From: Clostridia bacterium
GTDB taxonomy: Bacteria > Bacillota > Clostridia > Oscillospirales > QAMX01
Direction of reading: 5' to 3'
DNA length: 64,000 nucleotides
NCBI GenBank assembly: GCA_017441705.1
Contig: JAFRWU010000014.1
Location: 422 to 64,421, forward strand
Part shown: positions 7,183-14,590 of the stretch, one piece after another
How the letters are laid out: every line of letters starts with the position of its first letter
Numbering within the stretch: position 1 is the first letter of the stretch
Notes under the pieces: model-generated
The model's input: only the letters and a program-made list of their open reading frames with translations
Database searches by the model: none
What the model was told of the DNA's origin: nothing
Translations under genes and position numbers: made by a program

Positions 7183-9327
7183 ATGAGAAAGAGGATCCCG
7201 GCTCTCCTCCTGGCGCTGCTCCTGATTCTGGGGTGCGCGGCGTGGGGAACGCCGGAAAAAGCCGAAGCCGCCTCTCCCACGTCCCTGTCGGCCATGATGC
7301 GCAGGGCTGAGGAGATCAGCGGATACCGCTGGGTCCCCGCCGAGAAGATCATGGTGTGGAATCCGGTCGAAAACGAGTATAACGGGCTGAACTATTTCCC
7401 GAAGGGGAAAGAGGTCGTCGGGATGCCCTATACCCTTTTTACCAACGAATTGGGCTTCCCCAGCCAGAAATCCTTCAGCCAGTATAAAAAGATCACCGAC
7501 GAGAACCGGACGGGAACCGCTTACTGCAATTCCGTTAAGGCCATGCGCACCGGCCCGATTTACGGGGGTTGCTGCGCCACCTTCATGTGCGAGGTGCTGG
7601 GCGGCGGATACGTCAGCGGAGATTCCGCCCGTTACTGGACCGTGTCCGGGATCCGGGGGAGCAGCCTGAGCGCCGTCCGCACCGGCGTAAAAGTCAAGGA
7701 CCTGCGTCCCGGCGATTGCCTGGTCCGGTACAACAACGGACATATCATGTTTATCGGGGACGTATCCGACACCCATATCGTGCTTTATGAAATGAATCCT
7801 CCCGTGGCGCGCAAGGTGGCCGTAAAAAAGAGCACGAATACCAATTCCAGCGGGTATTTCATCTATCTGGAAGACGGGAAATACGCGGTCTACAACGCCG
7901 TGGTCCGCAGCCGTCAGTTGGTGGATGACAGCGCTTCCATGGCGCCGATCGCCCCGATCGTGACGCTGGACCGTACGAAGGCGGGGGTGGGCGAGAGCGT
8001 CCTCGTGAGCTGGAACGCGCTTTCCAACGCTTCATATTACCGCGTGCGCGCGGTTCTGGGAGGAAGCGTCGTCGTCGACAAAAGCGTGGGGAAGAGCACG
8101 AGCTTTCGTCTGGAGGGTCTGGAAGCCGGAAGGTATTCGGTCTGGGTGACCGCCTCCAATCAGAACGGGGCGAGCGTGTCCGACAAGGCGGGCTTCCGGG
8201 TGGAGTATATCGGACCGGAGCTTTCGCTCCGGGTGGACGACCGGCTGATGAAAGCGTCCTGGGAGACGGCCGGCGCCGAAGAGTACAGAGCCTCCCTTCT
8301 GGACGCGGAAGGGAAGGAGATCCTGGCGGAGGCGGGAGCGGAGCTCGCGTCTCTTGAAGCCGAGCTGAGTCCCGGCACCTATACCCTGAAGGTGACGGCG
8401 GTCTATCCCGCGGAAAGCAAGACGTCCGAAAAGGTCTTTTCCGTGACCGATCTGTCCCTTTCGTCCGGAAGAACGATCTATACCCTTTCCGAAAGCCCAT
8501 CCTTTTCCTATGCCGGCGCTAAAAGCTATACGTACACCCTTTCCCGCACGGGGGAAGAGAGCGAAGAAACGGTCGTCGCCGAGACCGAAGCCCCGGCGGG
8601 GGGACTGGAGCTTGACCCGCTCCCGGCCGGAGAATATCTGCTGTCGGTGACCGGGATCACGGGATACGGTATGGCGCACGCCTCTCTTTCCTTTGCTGTG
8701 GCGGACGAGGAGGAACACGACTATACTGAAGAGATCCTTGCGGAAGGCGACTGCACGAAGGAAGGGAAAAAGCGCCTCGTTTGTTCCGCCTGCGGCGAAA
8801 GCCACGAAGAGACGATCCCGGCTTCGGGACACGACTGGCGGGAAGAGGGAAACGATCTGGTCTGCGCGCTCTGCGGCGCGGTGAAAAAGGACCACCGGCA
8901 CGTCTATGAGACGAAAACGACCGTGCCCGCCGGTGCGGAAGCGCCGGCATACGCGGTTCTGGAGTGCTCCTGCGGGAAGCAGGTTCTGGCCGTCAGCCGC
9001 CCGGGAAGCGCGGGCGAGCTTTCCGCTCTGGGAAAGACGACCGGCCCCGACGGGACCGTACGCGGAGCGGGAGAGGCTTACGCCACGGGGGACCTCCTCG
9101 CGGCGGAGAAGGACGGAAAGACGATCCTCCGGCTCCTTGCCGTCCTGGGAGACGTCGATTCCGACGGACGGATCACGTCCAGAGACTACGTTCGCATCAA
9201 AAATCACATCATGGAGGTCCGCCTGATCGCCGATCCGGCCGAAAGGCTGGCGGCCGACAGCAATATGGACGGCAAAATCACGTCCCTGGATTACGTCAGA
9301 GTGAAGAATACCATCATGGGGAGATAA
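7183..9327 (+). CDS. Secreted multidomain protein: putative papain-like (NlpC/P60-type) domain, three Ig/Fn3-like repeats, Cys-rich segment, C-terminal type-I dockerin
   Basis: Start moved to ATG 7183 (RBS gagagggg), giving MRKRIPALLLALLLILGCAAWG as signal peptide. GDCLVRYNNGHIMFIGDV resembles the NlpC/P60 His region. There are three repeats of about 85 aa. The C-terminus has two EF-hand-like dockerin segments, DVDSDGRITSRDYVRIKNHIM and DSNMDGKITSLDYVRVKNTIM (about nt 9148-9324). Confidence 0.8.
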   Translation: MRKRIPALLLALLLILGCAAWGTPEKAEAASPTSLSAMMRRAEEISGYRWVPAEKIMVWNPVENEYNGLNYFPKGKEVVGMPYTLFTNELGFPSQKSFSQYKKITDENRTGTAYCNSVKAMRTGPIYGGCCATFMCEVLGGGYVSGDSARYWTVSGIRGSSLSAVRTGVKVKDLRPGDCLVRYNNGHIMFIGDVSDTHIVLYEMNPPVARKVAVKKSTNTNSSGYFIYLEDGKYAVYNAVVRSRQLVDDSASMAPIAPIVTLDRTKAGVGESVLVSWNALSNASYYRVRAVLGGSVVVDKSVGKSTSFRLEGLEAGRYSVWVTASNQNGASVSDKAGFRVEYIGPELSLRVDDRLMKASWETAGAEEYRASLLDAEGKEILAEAGAELASLEAELSPGTYTLKVTAVYPAESKTSEKVFSVTDLSLSSGRTIYTLSESPSFSYAGAKSYTYTLSRTGEESEETVVAETEAPAGGLELDPLPAGEYLLSVTGITGYGMAHASLSFAVADEEEHDYTEEILAEGDCTKEGKKRLVCSACGESHEETIPASGHDWREEGNDLVCALCGAVKKDHRHVYETKTTVPAGAEAPAYAVLECSCGKQVLAVSRPGSAGELSALGKTTGPDGTVRGAGEAYATGDLLAAEKDGKTILRLLAVLGDVDSDGRITSRDYVRIKNHIMEVRLIADPAERLAADSNMDGKITSLDYVRVKNTIMGR

Positions 9328-9331
9328 GCAT

Positions 9332-10768
9332 ATGAAGAGAAAAACCACGCGGATCCTTTTTTTCCTGCTGCTGTTCGCGTCTTTCCTGGCGTCCGCGGCT
9401 TTTGCGTCCGGAGGCGTTTCGGTGAGCGCCGGAAGCTTGAAGATCCAGAAGGGGAGCAAGGCCTCCTTCACGATCAAGGCTTCCAACGCCGCGGGAAGAA
9501 TCAGCGTTTCCTCCTCCGATACGGGCATCGCGACCGTGTCCGAAAGCAGCCTCTGGCTTGACAATTCCAGCGCTTCGATTACCGTAAAGGCGGTTGCAAA
9601 AGGATCGTGCAGGATCACGGTCAAGTGCGTGGACGTGTCGACCTATGATGAAGAAACGGTCGAAAAAACGTTCACGGTGAAGATCACGGTCTATGAAAAG
9701 GAGACCTCCACGGAAAAGCCGCAGACGCCGGACAAGCCGCAGACGCCGGACAAGCCGCAGACGCCGGACAAGCCCGCGAAGCCTGCCGAGCCGAAAAAGT
9801 CGGGAAACGCGGATCTGAAATCTCTTGTCCTGATCGGATTCGACATGACCGAGGCGTTCTCCCCCGACAAGACGGAATACACCGCCTATGCGCCGGACGG
9901 GATCACGAAGGTTGAAGCGGAGTTCGCGACCGATTCCGCGAAAGCGAAGGCCTCGCTTTCGGGAGAAGAGCTCCTGGAGGGATGGAACGACTTGAAGATC
10001 CGTGTGACCGCGGAAAACGGGAACCAGAAAACCTATACCGTCCGGATCTACCGCCCCGAAAAACCGACGGAGTTCTTCACCTGCCGGGATCAGACGCTGG
10101 GCGTGGTGAAAAACGTCGACCTGGTCGCTCTGGAGGGCTATGAGGCGGGGGAGGATCTGATTTTCCGGCCGGCGGAGGGGAACGGGCCCGCGGTCCGTTA
10201 CCTGATCGAGCCGGAGAGCGGCAACACCGGCTTCTACCTCTTTGACGAGAAAGAGGGAAAGGTCGTGGCTCCCTTCCGGCAGATCCGGATCGGAGAAAAG
10301 GTCTGTTATCCCGTGGACGCGCCCGGAGAGGCGCCGCCCGCAGATCCCTCTCTGATCGAGTTGAGGGGAACCGACTGGGAGGAGACGGAGTTCGACGCCT
10401 GGCACTACCGGGATCCGGCGATGAAGGATTTTTCGATCTGGGCGCTTTCCGATGCGGACGGAAACACTTCTTTTTACCGTCTCGATTCCCGGGAGGGAAC
10501 CTGGCAGCGGTATTTCCCGGAACCCGTGCCGGAGGAGCCCGAGCCGGAAACGGCGGAGGAATCCGAAACCGGAAGCGAAACCGCGCCGGTCCCCGAAGAG
10601 GAGACCGGGACCGAAGGGGAAACGGGCCCGCAGACGCCTGAGACTTCGCCCGCTCTGATCGCGGCGTGGGCCGCGGCGGGCGGGGGACTCCTTCTTTCCC
10701 TGATTCTTTTCATTCTGCTTCTCGCCGCGCGCCGCAGGGCGAAGAAAGAGAAAAAAGACGACGCGTGA
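9332..10768 (+). CDS. Membrane-anchored surface protein with Ig-like and cadherin-like beta-sandwich domains
   Basis: Features in order: N-terminal signal peptide, an Ig-like module, a PQTPDK x3 linker, a segment GNADLKSLVL...SPDKTEYTAY...NGNQKTYTVRIYR typical of the cadherin-like beta-sandwich domain, an acidic PE-rich stalk, and a C-terminal TM helix plus RRRAKKEKK stop-transfer sequence. Confidence 0.8.
   Translation: MKRKTTRILFFLLLFASFLASAAFASGGVSVSAGSLKIQKGSKASFTIKASNAAGRISVSSSDTGIATVSESSLWLDNSSASITVKAVAKGSCRITVKCVDVSTYDEETVEKTFTVKITVYEKETSTEKPQTPDKPQTPDKPQTPDKPAKPAEPKKSGNADLKSLVLIGFDMTEAFSPDKTEYTAYAPDGITKVEAEFATDSAKAKASLSGEELLEGWNDLKIRVTAENGNQKTYTVRIYRPEKPTEFFTCRDQTLGVVKNVDLVALEGYEAGEDLIFRPAEGNGPAVRYLIEPESGNTGFYLFDEKEGKVVAPFRQIRIGEKVCYPVDAPGEAPPADPSLIELRGTDWEETEFDAWHYRDPAMKDFSIWALSDADGNTSFYRLDSREGTWQRYFPEPVPEEPEPETAEESETGSETAPVPEEETGTEGETGPQTPETSPALIAAWAAAGGGLLLSLILFILLLAARRRAKKEKKDDA
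9719..9772 (+). repeat. Perfect 18-bp x3 tandem repeat (CCGCAGACGCCGGACAAG) encoding a PQTPDK linker
   Basis: Read directly: three identical units at 9719-9736, 9737-9754 and 9755-9772, in frame within the surface-protein CDS. Confidence 0.95.
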
Positions 10769-10834
10769 TTGCAAATGCCGCCTGAAAGTGATAGGATAGA
10801 ATAAAGCTTTGCCAACAAGAAAGGAGCGCCTTCC

Positions 10835-12166
10835 ATGAAAAGACCGTTGACCCCGGACCTAATCGCCGGATACGCGGAAGGGTACCGGAACGACCGGGAG
10901 CGCCGGCTCGCCTCCCGCGCCTTTGCCCTTGCCGACGTCTCGGCCGCGTCCTTCGCGCCGGAGGAATCCTTCGGCATGAAGCACACCTTCTCCATCGATA
11001 TCAAAACCCTTCCCGCCGCCAATCAGGAGCGGAGCGGCCGCTGCTGGCTGTTCGCCGCCACCAACGTCCTGCGCGAAAGGATCGCGAACCGCCTGAACCT
11101 GGACAAATTCGAGCTTTCACAGAGCTATCTCGCCTTCTGGGACAAATTCGAGCGGGCGAACTACTTCCTGGAAAGCATCCTGGAGACCGCCGGCGAGCCC
11201 ACCGACGAGCGGAATGTGGCCTTTATCCTGACCACCGGCGTTCACGACGGCGGTCAGTGGGAAATGTTTTCCAACATCGTCAGAAAATACGGCGTCGTGC
11301 CGAAGGACGTCTATAACGAGACCTATCAGTCCTCGCACACCGGCTCCATGAACGCCGCTCTGAACCAGAATCTGAAAAAGTGCGCGGTGCGCCTGCGCGC
11401 CATGGTGCGGGACGGCGCCGGGGAGGACGCTCTGGAGGAAGAAAAGGAAAAGATGCTAGGGAAAGTCTACTCTTTCCTCGCAAGCTGCTATACCGAGCCG
11501 CCGAAGGTCTTCGATTTCGAATACGCCGACAAGGACGGGGAATACCACGTCGAGCGGGATATGACGCCGCTTTCCTTTGCCGAAAAGTACGTGGGCGATC
11601 TTCTGGAAAGGACGGTCAGCATCATCAACGCGCCGACCGCCGACAAGGAATTCGGCAAGACCTATACCGTCCGTCATCTCGGCAACGTGGTGGGCGGAAA
11701 ACGCGTGGTGCATCTGAACCTTTCCATGGAGGATTTCAAGGAAGCGATCCTCAACCAGCTCAAGGACGGCAAGATCGTCTGGTTCGGCAGCGACGCCGGC
11801 AAGTATGCCGAGCGGGAGCGCGGCTTCTGGAACGACCGGAGCTTCGATCTGGAGCTGACCACCGGACTGGATCTTGCGCTTTCCAAGGCCGAAGGGCTGG
11901 ATTATTGGTATTCGGCGATGAATCACGCCATGTGCCTGACCGGCGTGGATCTGGCGGACGGGAAGCCGGTCCGCTGGAAGGTGGAGAACAGCTGGGGCGA
12001 AAAGTCGGGCGAAAAGGGATACTACGTCGCCTCCGACGGCTGGTTTGACAGATTCGTCTATCAGGCGGCGGTGGAGGCTGAGTATCTCGGAGAAAAAGCG
12101 GAGCTTGCCAAGGCGGAACCGGCCGTGCTGGAGGCCTGGGATCCCATGGGCACTCTGGCAGACTGA
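10835..12166 (+). CDS. pepC: Aminopeptidase C (bleomycin hydrolase family, peptidase C1B)
   Basis: 443 aa with the active-site motif QERSGRCWLFAATN. Overall collinear with PepC. The C-terminus ends ...GTLAD. Confidence 0.9.
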   Translation: MKRPLTPDLIAGYAEGYRNDRERRLASRAFALADVSAASFAPEESFGMKHTFSIDIKTLPAANQERSGRCWLFAATNVLRERIANRLNLDKFELSQSYLAFWDKFERANYFLESILETAGEPTDERNVAFILTTGVHDGGQWEMFSNIVRKYGVVPKDVYNETYQSSHTGSMNAALNQNLKKCAVRLRAMVRDGAGEDALEEEKEKMLGKVYSFLASCYTEPPKVFDFEYADKDGEYHVERDMTPLSFAEKYVGDLLERTVSIINAPTADKEFGKTYTVRHLGNVVGGKRVVHLNLSMEDFKEAILNQLKDGKIVWFGSDAGKYAERERGFWNDRSFDLELTTGLDLALSKAEGLDYWYSAMNHAMCLTGVDLADGKPVRWKVENSWGEKSGEKGYYVASDGWFDRFVYQAAVEAEYLGEKAELAKAEPAVLEAWDPMGTLAD

Positions 12167-12188
12167 ACAGCGCCGCACGGCAGACAAA

Positions 12189-12230
12189 CGCTCCGCGCCG
12201 GGATCCCGGCGCGGAGCGCGTTTTTGTTTG
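12189..12230. terminator. Bidirectional intrinsic terminator
   Basis: Perfect palindrome CGCTCCGCGCCGGGA/TCCCGGCGCGGAGCG (12189-12218) followed by TTTTTGTTT. Confidence 0.8.
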
Positions 12231-12241
12231 GCGGGGTCTTC

Positions 12242-13156
12242 TCAGGGCAGGATGTTGCCGGCGGCGAGATAGAGATCGTACCACTCCTGACGGGTCAGGA
12301 CCAGATCGCAGGCGGCGACGGCCTCCCGGATGCGGGAAAGATTCATGGAGCCGATGATCGGCTGGAGCTTTGCGGGATGGCGCAGGAGCCACGCCACCGT
12401 GACCGTCACCGGAGTGACGCCGTATTTTGCGGCCAGGGAATCGACGGCGGCGTTGAGGGCGGGGAATTTTTCGCTTCCGAGGAAGACGCCCTCGAACATG
12501 CCGTACTGGAAGGGGGACCAGGGCTGGATGGTGACGTTGTGGATGCGGCAGTAGTCCAGGACGTATCCGTCCCGCGCGGCGGCGCCCGGGGTAGCCATGT
12601 TGACCTCCATCCCCTGGGAAATCATGGTGCAGTTGGTCAGGGAAAGCTGAAGCTGGTCGGCCGTGATGGGCACCGGCAGATATTTCCCGAGAAGCTCCAT
12701 CTGCATGGGATTCTGGTTGGAAACGCCGAAGTGGCGTACCTTGCCGCTTTCCAGAAGGACGGCGAAGGCCTCCGCGACCTCCTCGGGCTCCATCAGGGCG
12801 TCGGGACGGTGCAGGAGCAGAGAGTCGAGATATTCGACGCCGAGACGGGAAAGGATCCCGTCCACCGAATCCAGGATGTGCTTTTTGGAGAAATCATACC
12901 GCTTGCCCGGGACGATGCCGCATTTCGACTGGATCAGGAGATCCTCGCGGGGAATGCCGCGGATGGCGCGGCCGAAGATCCTTTCGCTTTCGCCGCTGCC
13001 GTAGATGTCGGCGTGGTCGAAGAAATTCGCTCCGAGCTCCAGCGCGGTGCGCACGTAGGTCTTCGCCTCCTCGTCCGAAAGGCGGGGCAGGCGCATGCAG
13101 CCGAGGGCGACGGCGGGGACCGAAAGACCCGTGGCGCCGAAGGGGATCATTTTCAT
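12242..13156 (-). CDS. Aldo/keto reductase
   Basis: The real start is taken at ATG 13156 (MKMIPFGATGLSVPAVALGCMRL...), giving 304 aa. The 613-aa track ORF is an upstream read-through extension of low-complexity charged sequence. Confidence 0.9.
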   Translation of the reverse strand: MKMIPFGATGLSVPAVALGCMRLPRLSDEEAKTYVRTALELGANFFDHADIYGSGESERIFGRAIRGIPREDLLIQSKCGIVPGKRYDFSKKHILDSVDGILSRLGVEYLDSLLLHRPDALMEPEEVAEAFAVLLESGKVRHFGVSNQNPMQMELLGKYLPVPITADQLQLSLTNCTMISQGMEVNMATPGAAARDGYVLDYCRIHNVTIQPWSPFQYGMFEGVFLGSEKFPALNAAVDSLAAKYGVTPVTVTVAWLLRHPAKLQPIIGSMNLSRIREAVAACDLVLTRQEWYDLYLAAGNILP

Positions 13157-13255
13157 ATACTGCGATTCCTTTCTTTTTTTCTTTATTATCGCAAAGGGAG
13201 AGAGGAAAGTCAAGGAGAAATCCCCGCCGTGTTCCGGAGCGAAAAACAGCCGGCG

Positions 13256-13284
13256 TTGCGATGGGTTCGAAGATATGGTATAAT
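13256..13284 (+). promoter_or_regulatory. Sigma-A-type promoter candidate (extended -10)
   Basis: TTGCGA (13256-13261), a 17-nt spacer, then TGgTATAAT (-10 hexamer 13279-13284). It lies about 105 nt upstream of ATG 13397. Confidence 0.55.
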
Positions 13285-13396
13285 CGAAAAAGAAGAGCGG
13301 AGAGGAACGAAGCTCTGCACTCCGCCGCGGCAGGGTGGGTAAACCCGTCCTCTGCTCCGGGGTTGAAAACGCAAAAGACGAAAAGGAGGCGCGTTT

Positions 13397-14068
13397 ATGA
13401 ATGGATCCGGGAATCCCGCGAAAAAAGGGATGGATCTCCGTCTGCAGTATATCCTGTCTTTGCTGACCGGTCCGCTCCTGCTTGCGATCGGCGGCACGTC
13501 GGCCGTGCTGTTTACGGTGCGATATATGGGGGACAGACTGGCTCTTCCGGTTTTGAGCTTTGACCTTCTGCTGCTTTCGGGAACGGTCCTGCCTTTTCTT
13601 CTCGGGATCGTATCGACCTTTCTCCTGTATCCCCGGAGCGAGCAGAAACGGACGAGGATCTACCTTGTCACGGCGATCGCCGTTCCGGCTCTTCAGGTGC
13701 TTTTCGCGCTCTTTCTTCTGATCCTCAGCTTCCTGCCCCCGGTTTTGCGGATCCTCTGCGGCGGGGAGGAAATGCTTTCCTGGCTGTCGGGCGCGCTGCG
13801 CATATCCGCGCTCCAGACGCTCCTCTATACGGCGGTCTTCACGGCGGCCGCCGCTCTGGTCGGATTCCTTTGGAAGAAAAAGACGCTGCTTTTCGTCCTG
13901 ATTGTTTTCTTCGCCGCGTTTGTCCTTTCCATGCTGCTCATGTACGTTTTCGCCTTTTCGCTGAATTTCGGACTGACCGGGTTTGTGATCGGATACGGGC
14001 TTCTTCAGCCGGCGGCGGTCGTTCTGCCGAACGTCGGCAGATGGAAAGCGCCCGTAAAAGAGCCGTGA
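13397..14068 (+). CDS. Polytopic membrane protein, unknown function
   Basis: 223 aa with RBS aaaggagg 8 nt upstream. About six hydrophobic segments. No motif recognised. Confidence 0.65.
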   Translation: MNGSGNPAKKGMDLRLQYILSLLTGPLLLAIGGTSAVLFTVRYMGDRLALPVLSFDLLLLSGTVLPFLLGIVSTFLLYPRSEQKRTRIYLVTAIAVPALQVLFALFLLILSFLPPVLRILCGGEEMLSWLSGALRISALQTLLYTAVFTAAAALVGFLWKKKTLLFVLIVFFAAFVLSMLLMYVFAFSLNFGLTGFVIGYGLLQPAAVVLPNVGRWKAPVKEP

Positions 14069-14240
14069 CGCGCCTTTGCGCATAAAGCGAAAAAGGCCGA
14101 AGGGAAAGCCCCGGCCGGCATCCCCGGACGGACGGCCGATATTTCGGGACGATCACGGGACCGCTCATTCTTCCGGAGTATCAAAACAAAGGCGCAGAAG
14201 GGAAGCTGCCTTCCCCTGCGGGAGAAGCCTCCGGCCGATA

Positions 14241-14363
14241 CCTCCCCCAATACCTTCCCCTCGGAGGACGCCTATCCTCCGGGGGGCTTTTTCGTCCCTC
14301 CTCCCCAATGCCTTTCCCTTCGAGGGGCGCGGGTCTCCAACGCCTTCCCCTTTGAGGGGAAGG
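14241..14363. repeat. Three degenerate ~27-nt direct repeats (CTCC-CCAAyrCCTTyCCCyTyGAGGGG), each partly palindromic
   Basis: The units lie at about 14241-14267, 14297-14327 and 14331-14363. The third forms a perfect hairpin, CCTTCCCCT/AGGGGAAGG. A related hairpin lies at 14194-14220. Confidence 0.6.
14257..14292 (+). terminator. Intrinsic terminator-like hairpin with T-run
   Basis: CCCCTCGGAGGA (14257-14268) pairs with TCCTCCGGGGGG (14275-14286), including one G-U, followed by CTTTTT. Confidence 0.6.
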
Positions 14364-14376
14364 TGGGTCGGCGTCA

Positions 14377-14502
14377 GCCGAGCCGGATGAGGTGGAGCCA
14401 TCGCCCTACACCGTCTCTTCGTCCTCGCCGCGCCGTTCCACAAAAACAAACTTCCACCTCATCAGTCAGCTTACGCTGACAGCTGTCTCGCTGCGGCTCG
14501 GT
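14377..14502. other. Nested inverted-repeat (three-helix) element, candidate structured RNA or REP-like element
   Basis: P1 is GCCGAGCCG (14377-14385) with CGGCTCGGT (14494-14502). P2 is GATGAGGTGGA (14386-14396) with TCCACCTCATC (14453-14463). P3 is GTCAGC-ttac-GCTGAC (14465-14480). Confidence 0.4.
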
Positions 14503-14522
14503 CACGACGCGTCACAGACGAA

Positions 14523-14560
14523 GCGGCCCGGGAGAGGGCAAAAGCCCACTCCCGGGCCGC
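14523..14560 (-). terminator. 12-bp hairpin just downstream of the GH38 stop (minus-strand sense)
   Basis: GCGGCCCGGGAG (14523-14534) pairs with CTCCCGGGCCGC (14549-14560). There is no clear U-tail. Confidence 0.5.
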
Positions 14561-14590
14561 GATTTGCGATTTGATAAGGCTCCCGCAGCC

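Noticed and set aside
6979-7776. Upstream 266 codons of the 325-aa minus-strand ORF 6799-7776
   Set aside because: This part is antisense to the dockerin-protein gene and its promoter and leader. Only the last 59 codons, with their own RBS and terminator, are considered plausible.
9719-9772. 18-bp x3 perfect tandem repeat as a non-coding VNTR or CRISPR-like element
   Set aside because: It lies in frame inside a CDS and encodes a PQTPDK linker between domains. It may still vary in copy number between strains, but it is explained by the coding feature.
13157-14083. N-terminal 309-aa extension of the aldo/keto reductase ORF (track ORF 12242-14083)
   Set aside because: The extension is highly charged, low-complexity sequence antisense to a well-formed membrane-protein gene (13397-14068) that has its own RBS. 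The AKR homology starts at MKMIPFG (ATG 13156).
14194-14363. Possible CRISPR array
   Set aside because: The repeats are degenerate and short, with irregular spacing (about 59 and 33 nt). There are only three or four units and no cas genes in the window. A REP-like repeat is the better explanation.
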